Both the position numbers and the translations under genes were made by a program. 64,000 nucleotides of DNA, from NCBI GenBank assembly GCA_052426225.1, contig JBNJNM010000010.1, positions 372,001 through 436,000 of the forward strand, read 5' to 3'. The notes under the pieces are model-generated. The model was not told the origin of the DNA and did not search any database. It worked only from the letters and a program-made list of their open reading frames with translations. Of the stretch, positions 11,599 through 22,606 are shown one piece after another. How positions within the stretch are numbered: the stretch's first letter is position 1; every line of letters starts with the position of its first letter. This DNA is from Zancudomyces culisetae HAW-14-8. Taxonomy: Eukaryota; Fungi; Kickxellomycota.

Positions 11599-12546
11599 AT
11601 GGATAGTGCACACAAGGCAATAGGAGATTTCTGGCTTCACCAACTACAAGAAGTCCAAGGAAACGATTTGGATTTCAAGTCGCATACATTACCACTAGCA
11701 CGGATTAAAAAAGTGATGAAGTCGGACCCAGATGTAAAGATGATTAGTGCAGAGGCACCGGTACTATTTTCAAAAGCGTGTGAAATATTTATTAAAGAAA
11801 TGACACTACGGGCCTGGTTCAATGCTGAGGACAGTAAGAGACGCACACTACAGAGACAAGATGTAGCAGCAGCTTCGTTGCGAAGTGAAATGTACGACTT
11901 TCTAATAGACGTTATACCACGGGATGAGTTTATAAATGCCGGAAAGAAGACGCATTCAACAAAAGAGGAGATGAGTGCACAACAGATGGCACAGGTTCAG
12001 GCCTCTCAAATGACCTCGGCACAGATTCATGCAGCGGTAGCAGCAGTAGCATCACAACAACATGCAATCCCAGGGTCAGCTGTTGCAGGACCGCCAAACC
12101 CTGCAACCTCAGCAATGGCTGCAGTGGCTGCACAGTACTACAACCACCAACCCTTCCAGCAATACTATGCCTCCCATTTGAATGACATAAATGCAATGCA
12201 ACACGCAGCAGCAGCAGCAGCCGCAGCAGGGAATATACCATCAAACATGGCAGTGGCAGCAGCAGCAGCGGCGGCAGCTCAACAACAACAGGCCCAGCAA
12301 CAACAACAGCAGCAACAGCAACAACCACAGTTTTATTCGGGTTTAGGATCACACAACTACGATTGGCTACAGCGGCAGCAGCAGCAGCAACAACAACAAC
12401 AGGTGCAGGGTGGGATAAACGCAGCTGGGTTTCTAAGAGGAGGAGCAGGAGCGGGAGCAGGCATCCAAAGTAGTATTAGTTCACATGGCCAACCAAGCGG
12501 CACTGACCCTTTATCTGAACAGTCCAAAGGTGGTTCAAATAAATAA
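11599..12546 (+). CDS. HAP5: CCAAT-binding factor subunit C (NF-YC/Hap5), histone fold plus Gln/Ala-rich tail
   Basis: HTLPLARIKKVMKSDPDVKMISAEAPVLFSKACEIFIKEMTLRAW..KRRTLQR..MYDFLIDVIPR is the diagnostic NF-YC core. Confidence 0.96.
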   Translation: MDSAHKAIGDFWLHQLQEVQGNDLDFKSHTLPLARIKKVMKSDPDVKMISAEAPVLFSKACEIFIKEMTLRAWFNAEDSKRRTLQRQDVAAASLRSEMYDFLIDVIPRDEFINAGKKTHSTKEEMSAQQMAQVQASQMTSAQIHAAVAAVASQQHAIPGSAVAGPPNPATSAMAAVAAQYYNHQPFQQYYASHLNDINAMQHAAAAAAAAGNIPSNMAVAAAAAAAAQQQQAQQQQQQQQQQPQFYSGLGSHNYDWLQRQQQQQQQQQVQGGINAAGFLRGGAGAGAGIQSSISSHGQPSGTDPLSEQSKGGSNK

Positions 12547-12673
12547 ATAATCTGTTTTGTTTTACTGATTTATAATCTCCCCCCCCCATGTTTCATAATA
12601 TTTAATATATATTTTTTTCTTTTATTTAGCTTAACTTATAAATGTATACAAAAAAAAAAGAGTTTCAAAAGGT

Positions 12674-14457
12674 TTAATGAACAGTATCAATTTTATCCCA
12701 GACTTCATCAAGTTCTTGCTGAACAATGTCATCAGAATTGTAAATACTGCGTGTAGAATCCCAGCATACTGCCGACATTCTTTGTTTGAGATAAGTTTGG
12801 TGAATCATTTTACTATGCTTGTAAGTGGATCCAATGTTGATTCTGTATAGTCTAAAGAATCGATCCAATGAAACTGTAGCCAAAAACAAGCCATCCGTTT
12901 GTCCAACTACTGCCATCGATGTAACCGCTCCTGTTGCTCCCTTGTAGCTTTCTACTATAAAGGGTGTTTTGTTTTGATTGGTTGAAACCGCAAAATCTAT
13001 GCTTGAGGATGTTGCTTTGCGCAAATCTAGTTGACATATGATACCTGAGTTATCTGTGAAAAACACATCATATTGGTTCGGTGAAACTGCAATATTGGTT
13101 ATTTTCCGGTTCCGGTTTTCGTTAAACACATTCAAATTGAGCACTGGTTTTTTCTGTGCTAGAGTATCATATGTCCTAATAAATCCATATCCTGTGGACA
13201 CCACCAATTTGTTTCCCATCGAATTTGTCGTGTTCTCATTTTTGTCTAGAAAGTCGATATCGGTTATCCACACCGGGTTCCGCAGTCCCAAATAATCATC
13301 CGCAATATTCTTAGCCTTGAATAATGGCTCGCTCTTTGGTTTTCTCCATGCACCATTGTTAGCTCCACTTGCCGTATCTCCGAATTCAACTTTGTTTATA
13401 TCATAGATTCTTAGCTCTTGCTCATTACCACCAAATGCTAATATACTTGCTTCGACATCTTTTGCCCTCATTTTACACATATCTACCCCCAACTTCATCG
13501 TAAACCCAGCATTGCTACCATTTTCATCACCATCTTGTAGTTCTGAATCCCATTTTTGTACTCGAACATTTCCCATATTTGTACATGTCGCAAAATGCCT
13601 AAAATGTTTAGTTGGAGTTTATTAGTTATATTTCCTATTATTCATATCTCTCTTCCCACTATAAACCCCTACCTTAACCAATAATATTGAATTTTTTACC
13701 TTTCATTACTCTCCAATCCCACATACTCATACTCTTTGATAATCTTTCCATTGACTTTCTCCTTTAGTGTATCTTCAAATAAAGTTTCTGTAAAACTATT
13801 TAGTATATTCCCGCCATTCATGTCCAAAAGTTCAACCCGTCCGTTTTTACGTGCTACCGAAATCTATTTTCGATTATTATCATAACCACTTTACAATAAA
13901 ATACCAGTGTTTTTGACAACATAAAAACGACGATACCCAATCATTTAGGTCACAAAAGTAGCTGTGTGGTGGTGATGATGATGGGTTTTTTACTTGATTT
14001 GGGAGTTTAGTTTTATAAATTACCTTGTCTCTAACTGTATCTTTTTCGAGTCTATTTACAATCTGCATTTGCTGGATATACTGCTCCCTTTTGACCTCAC
14101 CATTCAGAATATTAACCCGGACATCTTTATCCTTTGCTTTATTTGTCTCCCGGTCTGAATCTGAATCCGAATCGTTACCTTTTCGTTTCTTTTCTCGCAC
14201 AGCTGACGATCCATTCGCTTTTAACCTTTTTTGAGCTATTCTTCTGGAGTGCTTTTCTCTGATATTGTCGATTTCTATCGCTATGATTTCCAAATAGATA
14301 AATTATAACTAAATTAATCACAAAGGCTACTGGATTTGTTACTTGTATACAATATTATTTTCCTATTTTAGACCTTCTGCATCTCACCAATAATCTTTTC
14401 CAACCCCAGCAACTTACATTTGATCAGGCCAGATTCATCACCTGTAAACAACCTCAT
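12674..14457 (-). CDS. NSA1: Pre-60S biogenesis WD40 protein Nsa1/WDR74; exons 14418..14457, 13994..14280, 13700..13863, 12674..13598
   Basis: Spliced N-terminus MRLFTGDESGLIKSIEI, then ISVARKNGRVELL. Conserved FGGNEQELRIYD, FKAKNIADDYLGLRNPVWITDIDF, IRTYDT, LATVSLDRFFRLY and YLKQRM. Three GT-AG introns with consistent phases (1, 0, 2). Confidence 0.9.
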
Positions 14458-15244
14458 TCTATATATTTCCTAACCCTAAAGATATTCTAAACTATGAAGA
14501 ATACAATTGTTATATCTACAAGATTGGTCTTACAATTGATTACTCGCCTTAGTATGAGAGTTTGTTGGTATAAAAAATTTTTTTTTACTTTTGTATGTGT
14601 GCCCAAAGACTATTTTTTCTCTGAAAAAAAAATTAGGAAATCTTTTTTTTTTCCAAGATCAAAGAAAAGAATTTTAGATCAAAATAGCGAACTTGCTAAC
14701 ATTTTTAAAGAAATGATTACAAAAACATCATGTACATTAATACACTGTTATGAGAACGGCAAGTAAAACTACACATCTCCCTTGCAAGATAGATAATGAT
14801 AATTTCCTTTTTTAAAGAGGCTTCACAAAACATTCTCTGTTGCGACAAGTATCTATCGTTAACATAGAATTATTATTCATTTCTTTTAAAAGTACTTCTA
14901 GCTACTATGTTGAAGAGGACAGCCACTAAACCCCACCTACACCTCCCATGTTTGTTACGCTCAGCTCTGGTTTTTTAAATCAAAGATTTTCAAAAACCAG
15001 CCAAGAATTAACGCTGTACCAACTCAAGCAGGAATTTTGACAAGTCTAGTAAGATTCGCGTGACTTAAACAATTGAAAATCTGGCACATTTTTTTTATGT
15101 TCCTTTATCTTTGTTATAAAAAAAATTACCATTTTCATAGTAGGAACTTGGGGAGGTGGGAAGGTTTAATTAAAAGCCCGAGAAAATGTTGAAATTATTT
15201 ATGCTTTTCCACAAAATAATATAAAAACGAATTTAAGAGCAGAA

Positions 15245-15683
15245 ATGACATTTTTAAGAAAGACAATAGTATTCTCGAGCGTGATGGTTGGGGCCTACTT
15301 GTTGATGGTTGCCACCGTTCCCAATGAACAAGAATTTGCTGCCGTAAGTTGATTTAAACTTTATAATTATCATTTTTAATCAATTTACTTATCTTTTTAA
15401 CCACAACTTGGTATAAAAAAAGAATTTCATATAGTAAGAAGCAGGAATGAGAATATGTTATAAATAAAGGAGAATGCACTAAAAGCAAAAACCTTCCACT
15501 ACAAAGGAATGTTTATGAAAAAATAACTATTTGTTGCAAATTGAAATTTGAAAATTATAATCCAAATAGAAGCTATCACCAGAATTAAAAGAGAAATACA
15601 AGGTTGTGTTGAAAGAACGGGAGGAACAACAACGCAAAATGCAGGCTCAGATCCAGGAAAACTTAAATAACGAAAAAAAGTAG
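15245..15683 (+). CDS. CBP4: Complex III assembly factor Cbp4-like, 70 aa; exons 15245..15343 and 15570..15683 (absent from ORF track)
   Basis: Spliced product MTFLRKTIVFSSVMVGAYLLMVATVPNEQEFAA|KLSPELKEKYKVVLKEREEQQRKMQAQIQENLNNEKK*. One TM helix, then TVPNEQEFAAKLSPELK (cf. yeast Cbp4 TTPTDEQLVSQLSPELR) and a coiled coil. Phase-0 GTAAGT..TAG intron. Confidence 0.85.
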
Positions 15684-16346
15684 ACAATGAAAATGGACAG
15701 CACGTCGGTTTTTCAGTTTTATTTGCTGGTATGCCTCTTCCTTTTTGTTCAACTTTCTTACTGTCTAGTTAGCTGGTTAATTGGTTGGCTTGGTTATGGG
15801 GTTGGATATTGTTTTTAGTGTACTTTTAACCTTATGACCTTAATTTTGGGGGCATGCTCTTTTTTTCCAATAGCTACTATATATATATAAACTTGAAGAA
15901 TACACACTGTGTATTCAATGAAAGATAACAACATAGAGGGTATTGTAAACGTTCTGAAGTGAAAGTGCTATATTATCACTCTAATTTTGTAAGCAAAGTA
16001 TGTATACTCAAATACTGTTCATCACCTCGCTTCCCCTTGATATACACACTATGAATGGAGTTAAGAGAATATGAAGGGATCTTTAGTGCAAGTGAGCCTG
16101 TAGCAGTTGGTGATGATATATACTCTGTTTATTTCTTTGGGTCTAATTTTTGATATGTTTATTCATTTATTTGGCTCTCGAAAAACAGAAAATCAGGTTA
16201 TTACTCACCAAAAGTTGTGGAACAAAATTCTAGCCTAGAAAACATATCTCTAGTTCTAAATGCACTAAAAAAAATCTATTCAAAATCCCATACCAACTTC
16301 AAAAAGATGGTTAGTATTATGGAGTTTTTTTAATCAATAATGATAC

Positions 16347-16751
16347 TTAATCTTTGTTTTGGTAAACTTCTCTAAAAGCACCCTTGAAGTTGCATCTCTT
16401 GACAGATTTTCCACAGCATCCATGCTTTTCTGTGTGCTTGAATCTGTAAGTGATGGAATCCTTATAGTCGCAGTTCAAGTAAAATCTTTTTTTATTGAAT
16501 TTGATGGTTACTCCGTATGTTCCAGCATAATAGTAGCAGTCCTCTCCTTTGCAGCTACTATCGACTTTTCCCAAGGGCAACCATCGGTTTGAAAGTTGGA
16601 CGCCATTCTTTTTAAAGCTGAGGAAGGCTTGGTTTGGTCTGCTTGGATCAGTTTGGACATATCCGTTGAAACGTTGACCCTGGCTGTTTCCCAATGCAGA
16701 TTGAGCAACTGAAAGGAGTTGTACTGCAACTGATAATCCTAAGACACGCAT
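16347..16751 (-). CDS. Small secreted basic protein with six Cys, unknown family, 134 aa
   Basis: Hydrophobic N-terminal signal-peptide-like segment ending AQSALG. Lys/Arg-, aromatic- and Cys-rich mature region. ATG context AAAACCATG; TATAAA on the minus strand about 120 nt upstream (16872-16877). Confidence 0.75.
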   Translation of the reverse strand: MRVLGLSVAVQLLSVAQSALGNSQGQRFNGYVQTDPSRPNQAFLSFKKNGVQLSNRWLPLGKVDSSCKGEDCYYYAGTYGVTIKFNKKRFYLNCDYKDSITYRFKHTEKHGCCGKSVKRCNFKGAFREVYQNKD

Positions 16752-18314
16752 GGTTTTTTTTAATGCTTTTCGGGAAGCTGGTGTGTTTTTTCTAGTAGTT
16801 TTTATAGTTTGTTACTCGACTATGAGGTTTGTAGTAAAGAATATGAGAAAACGTGAAAATATAGTTGAGTATTTATACTTTGTTTATGTTAATATATGGG
16901 GTTTTTTAAGGTGTCATTCTAAAAGGCATAGTGTAAAGAATGCTTTATACACTAAAGTCGGTGGTAGGTAGTTAGTACGTTGCATATTTCGAACTAGTGC
17001 GGATGATAAGAAAAAAAGGAAAGGAATGTCAAAAATTATTGGTGTGAAAATAGGATAGATATACTTTAGTGAACCAAAAGTGAAGTGCATAGGTATTTAG
17101 AATATTCTAGTCTACATTATAATGAGGAATAGAAACAGGAGAAAAGTGGTTTGCAGGATATAGTATATCACAAAAGTTTAATCGGTACTAGTACTAAATA
17201 AATTCTAAAGTAAAAACTTGAGTACCACCTTGTTCTGGATTCACCACAGTTGAAAAATGATCGTTTTTTTGTGGAATAAGCATGAATATAGAGCTGTTTT
17301 TTGTACTCTTGCTCTAAAACTAGAAGAGTAAAATTTATTTTTAAACTAATACAGCTTGTTATACTCATTGCAGTTGGAAAAAAAAAGGTTGCTCGGTGTC
17401 TAGAATCCATACAAACGTATTCATTGGTGTAAATTAACATAGTTGATCAATATCAGCCCAAGCACTTCATAATGATAATCAAGGTATACAAGTATAACCA
17501 TTGATCTAAAAAAGAAACCGTTTGCGAGCTATAACGGGTCAATAATTAAAGTTTGGCAAAATAGCTGAGACTTCACATCTATCATTTCCATTTACATGCA
17601 GTTATAGCATTAATCGCAAACTAAACTTCGCACGATTCTGGAGTAATGAACATTGCTAGAATGAGGAATAGGTAAACATTCGTAAAACACGTATCTAGAT
17701 TATTTTTTAGAATCCATTGCTTATAAAGGCAATAAATTGTTGAATAAACCAAAGAAAATAACAAAGTTTGTGGTATATGCTTGTGATGTTATCTAAAAAT
17801 ATTGATTTGGCCAGGGGTAGGGTTGAGTATTCAGGAAAAGAAAGATTATTGGTTTGTAAGGTGGTAGAGCGTAGAGGAATCTGAAATGTCGAACATAGAG
17901 CTACTATGAGTCTGGGTTGGAGTTGGTAATGCACTATGCATTCTAAAAGTGTTTTTTTTTGTAGATTTATTCATAATTGTAAAATAGTATTAAGATTGTT
18001 TAATTAGTGTTAATACTACAGTAAAAGGGCCAAATGTATTGGTTTCGGCCTAATAAAGCTTGAGCTGGTAACACCCGTTTTTGTCATTGACTAGCCAGCT
18101 ATATTAACGGTAAAGAGAAAAAAACGACAATGTTATGAAACCCATATTATTAGGATGTTAACCCTCAAAGAAATAAAGGAAAAGCAAGACTCGAGACTAA
18201 AAGTACGTGTGTAATGTACAAGTTGAAATAGCCATATTGCAAGAATAATGATACTGAAATAGAACAAAAACCAAAACCTAAACCAAACCACAAATGTCAG
18301 GTTCAGTGATTTTT

Positions 18315-18555
18315 GTTGATTCCAAACGGGTGGCCGAAACTGAGGGTCACTCTCCAAATATACTCATGAGTTGGAGAGCCCTAATTCTCATACATTTCTT
18401 TTCGGCTTTGTTGTCGATGGTCTTGTCCAGCAAAAGAAAGAGGCGTGGCAAAGAAAATTGTGTGAGGATGGTTACCACAGTGTATATTCCACCTATGCAG
18501 GTACAAGTGTTCAGATGCTGACGAGCCAGGGCTCGTTTATCCAACTATTTTTTTT
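18315..18555 (+). ncRNA. Candidate structured non-coding RNA (unassigned; loose RNase MRP/P-like layout)
   Basis: Nested helices 18369-18382/18528-18546, 18384-18394/18459-18469, 18395-18401/18450-18456 and 18402-18406/18413-18417. The non-Watson-Crick pairs are G-U on the plus strand. A T8 run follows at 18548-18555. Confidence 0.4.
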
Positions 18556-19000
18556 ATAATTTTTTTTTATTTGTAAAAAGAGATGATTTATCCTTTACAT
18601 CTACTTTACCCCTAAACTAATTTGGAGGGCTATGGTGCCAGATAGACTCATGTTTATGGTAAACATAGTGGCAAATAAAAAGAGAGAAAAATTCATCAAA
18701 ATTTTTTTGTGCCTGGTAGTTTGGCTAGTTTACTTGCTATAGATTTTATTCGTAAATATACACAATAAAAAACAACAATTTACAAACTCTTGCTGTCACG
18801 ATTCATGGTATATACTTTTGCGTTTAGTAGACTGATAAAACAAATCATTCTTGGTATATTTTATAAACGGGAATTAAATAATAAATAAAAAGTAAATAAT
18901 AACCATAGTATAGCAAACAATAACCTTTAAGCTTTTTCTTTTTGTATTCATATATTTTTTTTATATCCGTGTTATTTTTTTAAAAATTTTAAACCTAGTA

Positions 19001-22000
19001 ATGGAAAATAATCAAAAAGATTCACAACTAAAGGTGCAAGTACTATAAAACGAAAAAGAAAAAAACGGTCGAAAAGATACCCTAAAATACAAGATAAAAG
19101 GTGTTGGAAATGGAGGGACGAGTAAGCGAAATAAAAGATATTGAACAAATCTCACCAATATACTGGACTGTTGAGCAGGTTGGTGTGTGGATACTGCATA
19201 CATTTCAGGATAAGGGGCTCCAGAAAACCTTTACTGACAACGAAATTGACGGGAAAGTGTTGGTGTACAATCTGGACTACAACATTCTTAGGTATGAGAT
19301 GAACCTTGTGATCGGAAGATCAATGAAAATTCTAGAACAGTTGGAAGAATTAATGGAAAAATGGGATATCACGCCCACAAGATTGATAAATGACAGATAT
19401 AAATTAAACTTAGGGGTGAGCAGTCAGCAATATCCCCAGGAAAGAGATTATAACATCTCTGAAGGTGTTGTTGAAGCGGGAATAAAAAGACCAGTAGGAG
19501 CTGAAGGTGCAACTTCGATGCTGAATGGTTTCCCGGAAAAGCGTATTAAAGTTAGCAATATGGATGTAAATATAGGTAAGTATATGGCAGTTTTTTGAAA
19601 ATGAATTGAATATTTAAATGTCTGATTTTTAGGGCCTTTTATCACTCTATTTACCAGTTAATATTTCCAGTGTTGTATGAAACGATTGACAAGTGTTGGT
19701 AAAAAAAACCAATTTTAATGACATAGAACGAGAAAAAACCAGAAAGAATAAAACATCCAATGGAGCAGTAGAGCGGGAACTTGTAAAGGAGAAAACACCA
19801 GAGCCAGCGATGGTAGTGAGACCAGAAAACAGGGAACAGAATGAAGCAGAGCAACTCTCGAGTTCGAAAGATGGGGCTACAACGGATAAAACGTTCGATA
19901 TGCAAGCCGATAAATATTTGCCGCAAAAATCAATCGAGGAACCTGTACCAGAGCCAAAAAAATCGACTACAAGTTCTAGTCGCCGATATTTGGAGCCTGT
20001 AGTCGAGGTAAGGGCGAAAGTAAGCGAACAGGATATTGGACTTGGAAAGATATTAGGGAATAGCGATATTAAAGGATTCTGGTTTGTGAGGAGGCATGCG
20101 AAGGAAAAAACGAGTGTGATAGTTTTAGAAACACAGAAAATGATGAAACGGATGTTTTTACTAGGGGGTAAGGTGAGCCAGAAGAGTAAAAAGTCGGTGT
20201 TAGATGGTAGGGGTAGACAGTCAAAGAAAAAAGAGTTAGTGGTGGTACCTAGGGGAGAAAAGGATTATGAGGAACACTTTGAGGACTATGTACGACCATT
20301 CCTAAAGTGCAACGAAACAACGATTTTCAGTGAGGTAGTAAAACAGAGTAACATGTTGATAAAGGTGTATAAATCAGTGTATACAGAAAAAAATAACTTG
20401 AGGATCAACCAGGATAACTATACGAGGGATGAGATTGAAAAGATATATAAAACATCGCTTATTAGTGAATGGTTATTCAATGTGTATGAAAAGGATAAAG
20501 TGGCAAATAGCGAAGATGAGATAAACGTCGAGCCAGAAGCGCAATACGAGGAACCAATGTTGGAAGACAATAGATTACCGAGTGAAGTGTATGCAGAAGA
20601 AATAAACGCCAGGGATGATGCGATGGATAGTGGGTCGGATGTATCACTTGAGGAGGATTTAGAGGTAGAAATGGCCTCAGATAACGATGAGATCGCATTT
20701 CCGACATCGATTGAAGGAATTGTCGGTAATAGGGGTAGTAGGGCTATTAGGATCAACAAAGCAGTTTCAAACACAGAGATATCATATCCTCTATACGATA
20801 CTGAAAAATTAGAAAACTACCTAGCAATAGAGGGTATTCAAAAACAACAAACGCCACATAGGAATAGGGGTGCTGGATATGTTTTGGATCTTGATGACGA
20901 CACGGAGCCAATGGAAAGAGGCGAGCTGGAGACAGAAAGAAGAGTACCTCAAAAAATGGGAGATATTGAGCCTGAATGGGGTGATAATGGGGATCTTTGC
21001 GAACTAGAGTATCCATATGAAACGATTCAAGCGCAGCGGCGAAGAGATAATAAAGCAAGGACACATAGGAGGAGGCTGTGGGATGTCACGGCTGAGGAAC
21101 TGCAGGAGAGGTTGAAATGGGATGCCGAAAACAGGAGGCTAATAGTAGAAACCGGTGTTAAGCGCTCGAATTTACCAAGAATAAGACGAGCGTTTTCTGC
21201 ACAGGATCTAAGGAGTATAGCAACTACTTCAGGACTGGGTAATAAGCAAGAGACTGAGTATGAGTGTTCGACGGTAGAGCTGAATAATATGGGGATGTAC
21301 TTGGATACCAGTGAAAGAATGTTTGAAAGACTTATGGACAAGTTGACATTGTGTAGTTATTCATACCCGCCAGCTCAAACGCCAGGGTATATTTGTATGG
21401 AGTTAGATGACAGTTGTACCAAAGTAAAAGACGACAACTTGGTAGCTATGAGTAAAACTGCAGCAGTGTTGATTTGGCATTCGTTTTATGGTTATGTGAA
21501 GAGAATGGAGGACAAGGAAATGAAAGAGTTGATGGAATCGATGGTAGTGCCTGTGAATACGAGGTCCTTAGAATTACCAATGGTAGGAACTCGAAGACTT
21601 GAAAAGTTGAAGGCCGGGTTTGAGCGATTTTATAATTTCCATCGGAATATGTTGGCAACAATGTACGGATTGGCGATTCTGAACAATAGGATTGTTAAAA
21701 ATAATCCGGAATATGAAGAAGTTGATTTTTTGGAGGTGAGCGACAAACTCAAAACACCAGTGAAGCAGAGATTTATTATGGAGCACTGGCAAACCACGTA
21801 TATGCAGATAAATAGAAGCGGAGCTAACCAAAAAGCGACGGAAACGACATTGGGAAATTCGGATGAATATGATGTATTTACACAAAACTTTTTTAATGAT
21901 TTTAATGAGTATTATGGAGAGGGAGAAGAATATTTTTTGGAAGAAAGCGAAGAGGAGGAGTTGGAATCGGAATTGAAGGAAAGAAGAAAGGATCGAGGAG

Positions 22001-22575
22001 GGGATAATGATAATAGCAATGTACCAGTAGTGGCCAGCTCTGTAGTGGTTGGTAATAACAAAAGGGATAGTTTTGATGCTGAGGAAAATATGAGGCTAAG
22101 TGACAGAATCGATGCGATAACTAGCTCGGCAGTCCAACAATTCAATAAACGAGTGGCGTTCAAGGAGAAAAGTGGACAACAGGGATCAACAGAAACGGAT
22201 ACATCAAGAGCAGGAGGGATTGTGGGATCATCAGCATTTTCATACACCAACAAAATGGTGGTAAATGAACCAGAGGTGTTATATACAAGAGAAATAGATA
22301 GATCAAAGGCATCATATCATATAAGACAACAAGTATATTTAAAGATGCGAGAAGCTGAGAGAAAAAAGTACAAGGAAGAACTCAAACAAAAGGAGTTGGA
22401 GATTCAGCGGAGATTGTTGAATGAAGGACTTTCGGTGCGTAGGATTTTACCTGGAGAAGATCGAAATTCAAATTATATAGATTTGTCTATTGAAGGTCGG
22501 CCTCAGCCACTGCTAATTCAAAGTTACGGACAAGTAGAAAGCAACACTAGAAACAATACCGTAGCAAGAACCACC

Positions 22576-22606
<31 letters not shown>

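Noticed and set aside
18332-18530. Permuted hammerhead ribozyme (GAAAC..GTC at 18336-18348 and CTGACGA at 18518-18524)
   Set aside because: Stem I cannot form next to the core and stem II needs an extra bulged C; the geometry is incompatible.
18481-18550. snR30/U17 m1-like ATATTCC
   Set aside because: No downstream AAACCAU (m2), closing stem or ACA in the required positions.
19658-19693. In-frame TGA at 19678 as a possible selenocysteine codon (some early-diverging fungi use Sec)
   Set aside because: A downstream acceptor ending at 19693 removes it, and there is no redox motif. No ORF in the window showed a UGA in a CxxU/GU-type context, though no SECIS search was run.
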